From contig CAYSRJ010000002.1 of assembly GCA_964433545.1 (NCBI GenBank), positions 37,020-101,019 on the forward strand: a stretch of DNA of 64,000 nt. Reading direction: 5' to 3'. The position numbers and the translations under genes are program-made. Shown one piece after another: positions 61,318-64,000 of this stretch. Below the pieces are notes generated by a model, which saw only the letters and a list, made by a program, of their open reading frames with translations, made no database searches and was not told the DNA's origin. The DNA is from an uncultured Spirochaetota bacterium. Its GTDB lineage: Bacteria > Spirochaetota > B62-G9 > DRHN01. The first letter of the stretch is position 1. Every line of letters starts with the position of its first letter.

Positions 61318-62106
61318 CTATCCCTCCTCCTCTCGCAGGCCTTTCAACCATGTGCCGTTGATTCTGATAAAAGTATGCTGCGGCTCGGGGAATTCCCGGC
61401 CCTCAAAAAATACATAAACATAGGCTTTATTCTGGTTGGCGAAAACCACCCGTGATATTTTCAAAGTCTTTATCTGCCCTTTTCTCCTCGTTTCAACAAG
61501 AAGGTTGAAAAAAGAATGGAGGTCTGCTGCATCCCACCCGTCATTGTGCAGGTTTTCGGGATTGCCGTACTTCTTTCTGTAATCCGGGGTTAACATGCCC
61601 TTCCACCCTTCAAAGTCATCCTTTTCATACATTTCCTCGAGCTTGTTGATAATCTCGAGTATGTTCTCTGCTTCATGTTTTGCTTCTCCAGCGTCAATTG
61701 CAGTAGAGACATTATCACTTTCGGGCAGTACGACTTCTATTTTCGAATCCTGTTCGGGGACTGAGATGGTTAATTCTTCCGTGTTTTCCATGTTGGTATT
61801 ATCGGCGGCAACTTCAGTCCCGGCGGGTTCTTTCTGCTTTATTTCAACCTGAGTTTGTTCCAAAGGCTCCCGGGTGGATTTATGTTCTGAAGGCTTCTCT
61901 TCAACACCTGACGGCCCCTGTTGCTGGTAATCAAACTGCACAGATTTTTTTCCTGAACAGCCGGTTATAAAAAGTACCGCACATGCGGTGAGCAGAAGGC
62001 ACCCTCGTATATTCTGAAATTTATTCATCATTATATAAGGAATTTTAACAACTTCTCCTTTTTTTTCAATATCTTTCTCCTCCTGCGAATAAGGGAGGTG
62101 TATCAA
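61318..62106 (-). CDS. Hypothetical lipoprotein
   Basis: 262 aa; lipobox FITGC after a hydrophobic h-region; acidic low-complexity linker. Confidence 0.5.
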   Translation of the reverse strand: MIHLPYSQEEKDIEKKGEVVKIPYIMMNKFQNIRGCLLLTACAVLFITGCSGKKSVQFDYQQQGPSGVEEKPSEHKSTREPLEQTQVEIKQKEPAGTEVAADNTNMENTEELTISVPEQDSKIEVVLPESDNVSTAIDAGEAKHEAENILEIINKLEEMYEKDDFEGWKGMLTPDYRKKYGNPENLHNDGWDAADLHSFFNLLVETRRKGQIKTLKISRVVFANQNKAYVYVFFEGREFPEPQHTFIRINGTWLKGLREEEG

Positions 62107-62213
62107 ACAGTATCTTGATCGATGTTACATAGAAGCGGTCTACATCCTTGACAGGATGTATCCCTGGGGGATCGAATATCGCAAAGTAACTTCGCGAGAA
62201 GTTACTTAGAAGA
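62101..62213 (+). repeat. Repeat family 2 copy (sub-unit a'-TTGACAGG module-sub-unit b)
   Basis: CCTTGACAGGATGTATCCCTGGGGGATCGAATATCGCAAAGTAACTTCGCGAGAAGTTACTTAGAAG, nearly identical to the reverse complement of 48590-48655. Confidence 0.85.
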
Positions 62214-62280
62214 TATGCAGTTCAAAATAATACATTCTGTTCACTCCGGCATGTACTTTTACATCATATATTGGGTATTT

Positions 62281-63306
62281 TTACCCAGCACTCGGTTTGA
62301 GCATTGAAGCGTCCAGTGCCGTTCCCTTCTTAATATCTGTTGCTGCTCTCATACAAAGCAGTGTATCGACCTCCTCTGCACCGATGCCCGTGTTCGGCCG
62401 TAAGAAAGACAATTTTCTCAGGGTAAATTTTTCTCCGCGTGTAATGTTTCTTGCTGCATATACGCCTCTCCTCGCAAAGACCCTTTCACGTGCCTCCCTG
62501 GGGCTCACCTCCCTTTTTTTACTTCCGCTCATTTTTTCACCGGTTCGAATTCTTTCAACGAATTGTTTGAAATGAGGCGGATCGAGGGAATTTCTATGAT
62601 CCTGCCCCTCCTGGGTACTGTTGAGGGTAAAATGTTTTTCAATAGCCGCGATTCCCTTGCCAATACAAATTATCGATGCCTCTGATTCCATGGTATGGTC
62701 GGAAAAACCAATAGGAAGTTTATACCGGCTTTTCAGGGTATCGATGAAATCAAGGTTCAACAGTCTGTCAGGAGGGGGATACAGCATGACACAGTGCATA
62801 ATGCAAATAAAAGGAGGATGATAGGAGGCAAGTAGCTGTACTGCCCGGTCTATTTCATGCAGTGTAGACGCCCCTGTTGAAATGAATATACCCTTTTTCG
62901 TTTCAGCTATTGCTCTGAGGAGAGTCGTATGGGTGATATCGCCGGAAGATATTTTATAGAAAGGTACAAAGGGGTCCAGCATTGCCACCGCTTTCACTGA
63001 AAAGGGTGTCGAAAACCAGTGAATACCCACACGGGTTGCCTCTTCGCTGATTGGACGAATCCAACCCGGCTTGAAAGAGATGTGCTCAATTTTATTTATC
63101 CAGGTAGAATCAGAAATATTGAGCGCCTTTGCATAGTGAAGAGTGGAGAAGAGTCCTTTTAGTGTGAAGCTCTGAAACTTTATCGCATCCGCACCCGTAT
63201 CTTTTGCACTCTTAACCATTTTCAGGGCGGTATCGAGATTTCCGTTGTGGTTCGAGCCCGCCTCCGCGACAATGAACACCTTTTCAAACATGCCCTCTCC
63301 TTTCAA
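62281..63306 (-). CDS. neuB: N-acetylneuraminate/pseudaminic/legionaminic acid synthase family (NeuB-like, with C-terminal SAF domain)
   Basis: 341 aa; N-terminal MFEKVFIVAEAGSNHNGNLDTALKMV...GADAIKFQ NeuB motif; SAF/antifreeze-like C-terminal domain. Confidence 0.8.
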   Translation of the reverse strand: MKGEGMFEKVFIVAEAGSNHNGNLDTALKMVKSAKDTGADAIKFQSFTLKGLFSTLHYAKALNISDSTWINKIEHISFKPGWIRPISEEATRVGIHWFSTPFSVKAVAMLDPFVPFYKISSGDITHTTLLRAIAETKKGIFISTGASTLHEIDRAVQLLASYHPPFICIMHCVMLYPPPDRLLNLDFIDTLKSRYKLPIGFSDHTMESEASIICIGKGIAAIEKHFTLNSTQEGQDHRNSLDPPHFKQFVERIRTGEKMSGSKKREVSPREARERVFARRGVYAARNITRGEKFTLRKLSFLRPNTGIGAEEVDTLLCMRAATDIKKGTALDASMLKPSAG

Positions 63307-63865
63307 TCGCAGTAGTCATGGTCCATATGAATGCAGTCAGTTTTCGGTCTTTATCCGTATAAAGTACTGTCGTAAATACCTGGATTTTTTCACAACTCCG
63401 GGCGAGCGGATAGAATATCCACCTTAATATTGCAGAGAACATGCTGCTTGGCATCGGCAATATATTGAATCTTCCCCCATCACATAGTATACTATGCTAC
63501 ACGGCTTCTATGCGCTCCATGTTCATGCAGAGGGCTATCCTTTTATGTGAAGCTTTACACAAATACGGGTGGAGCATTTTTTTCGGCCCTAACGCATGGC
63601 TTGTATCGTGTTTTAGGATCGTTTATTTTATGTATCGGCAGGTTGATAGTACTTCTTATCTTACAAACCCGCGTATAGTTTTATTAGATCACAATCGTTA
63701 AGCAGGTGTTAGGGCTTAACTTTTTCGATTAATGCATTTACAAGCCTATTCTCTGCAGCCTTGCATGAAAAGGCCTGAATGAGTGTAATAAGCGGTTTGC
63801 ATGGTTGAATATTAATGAAGTGTGCCTGTGCATACCGGATATTAAAATAAAAAATGGAAGAGTGA

Positions 63866-64000
<135 letters not shown>

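Overview
This 64 kb window is a bacterial chromosomal segment of about 47-50% GC that is densely coding. It carries no obvious phage or plasmid genes, and the order of housekeeping genes is syntenic.

The order of genes is as follows.
- The 3' end of a rhodanese-like gene.
- A BMP-family nucleoside ABC importer (bmp, two permeases, a tandem-ATPase) next to an N-terminally extended uracil phosphoribosyltransferase and a DJ-1/PfpI protein.
- A five-gene Opp/Dpp peptide ABC transporter.
- A HoxFUYH-type NAD(P)-linked bidirectional [NiFe]-hydrogenase operon. Its maturation endopeptidase is fused to a CheY-like receiver domain.
- A divergent hypA(truncated)-hypBFCDE maturation cluster.
- Enolase, a TPR membrane protein, an MFS transporter fused to a HEAT-repeat domain, folA, TPR lipoproteins and a sodium:solute symporter.
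- A stand-alone corrinoid (B12-binding) protein, NUDIX, serC-serA and yajC-secD-secF.
- A bactofilin, TPR proteins, an MtaB-like radical-SAM methylthiotransferase and an 896-aa GreA with a very large N-terminal extension (a spirochaete-like architecture).
- smpB, hemW, grpE-dnaK-dnaJ (no hrcA or CIRCE seen), a Gfo/Idh/MocA oxidoreductase, a HAMP membrane protein, a HEAT lipoprotein, a NeuB-like nonulosonic-acid synthase and the 5' end of coaD.

Gene content tentatively suggests a spirochaete-like anaerobe: the giant GreA, the BMP lipoprotein, the bactofilin and many TPR proteins. This is inference only.

The main unexplained signal is non-coding. Two families of mosaic dispersed intergenic repeats are present: a ~110-140 bp MITE/REP-like family and a composite TTGACAGG / 15-bp-tandem / double-hairpin family. 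Several unrelated 15-18 bp tandem-repeat arrays built on palindromic half-sites occur at gene ends, and there are orphan terminator-like hairpins.

Coordinates of non-CDS features were counted by hand and may be off by a few bases.
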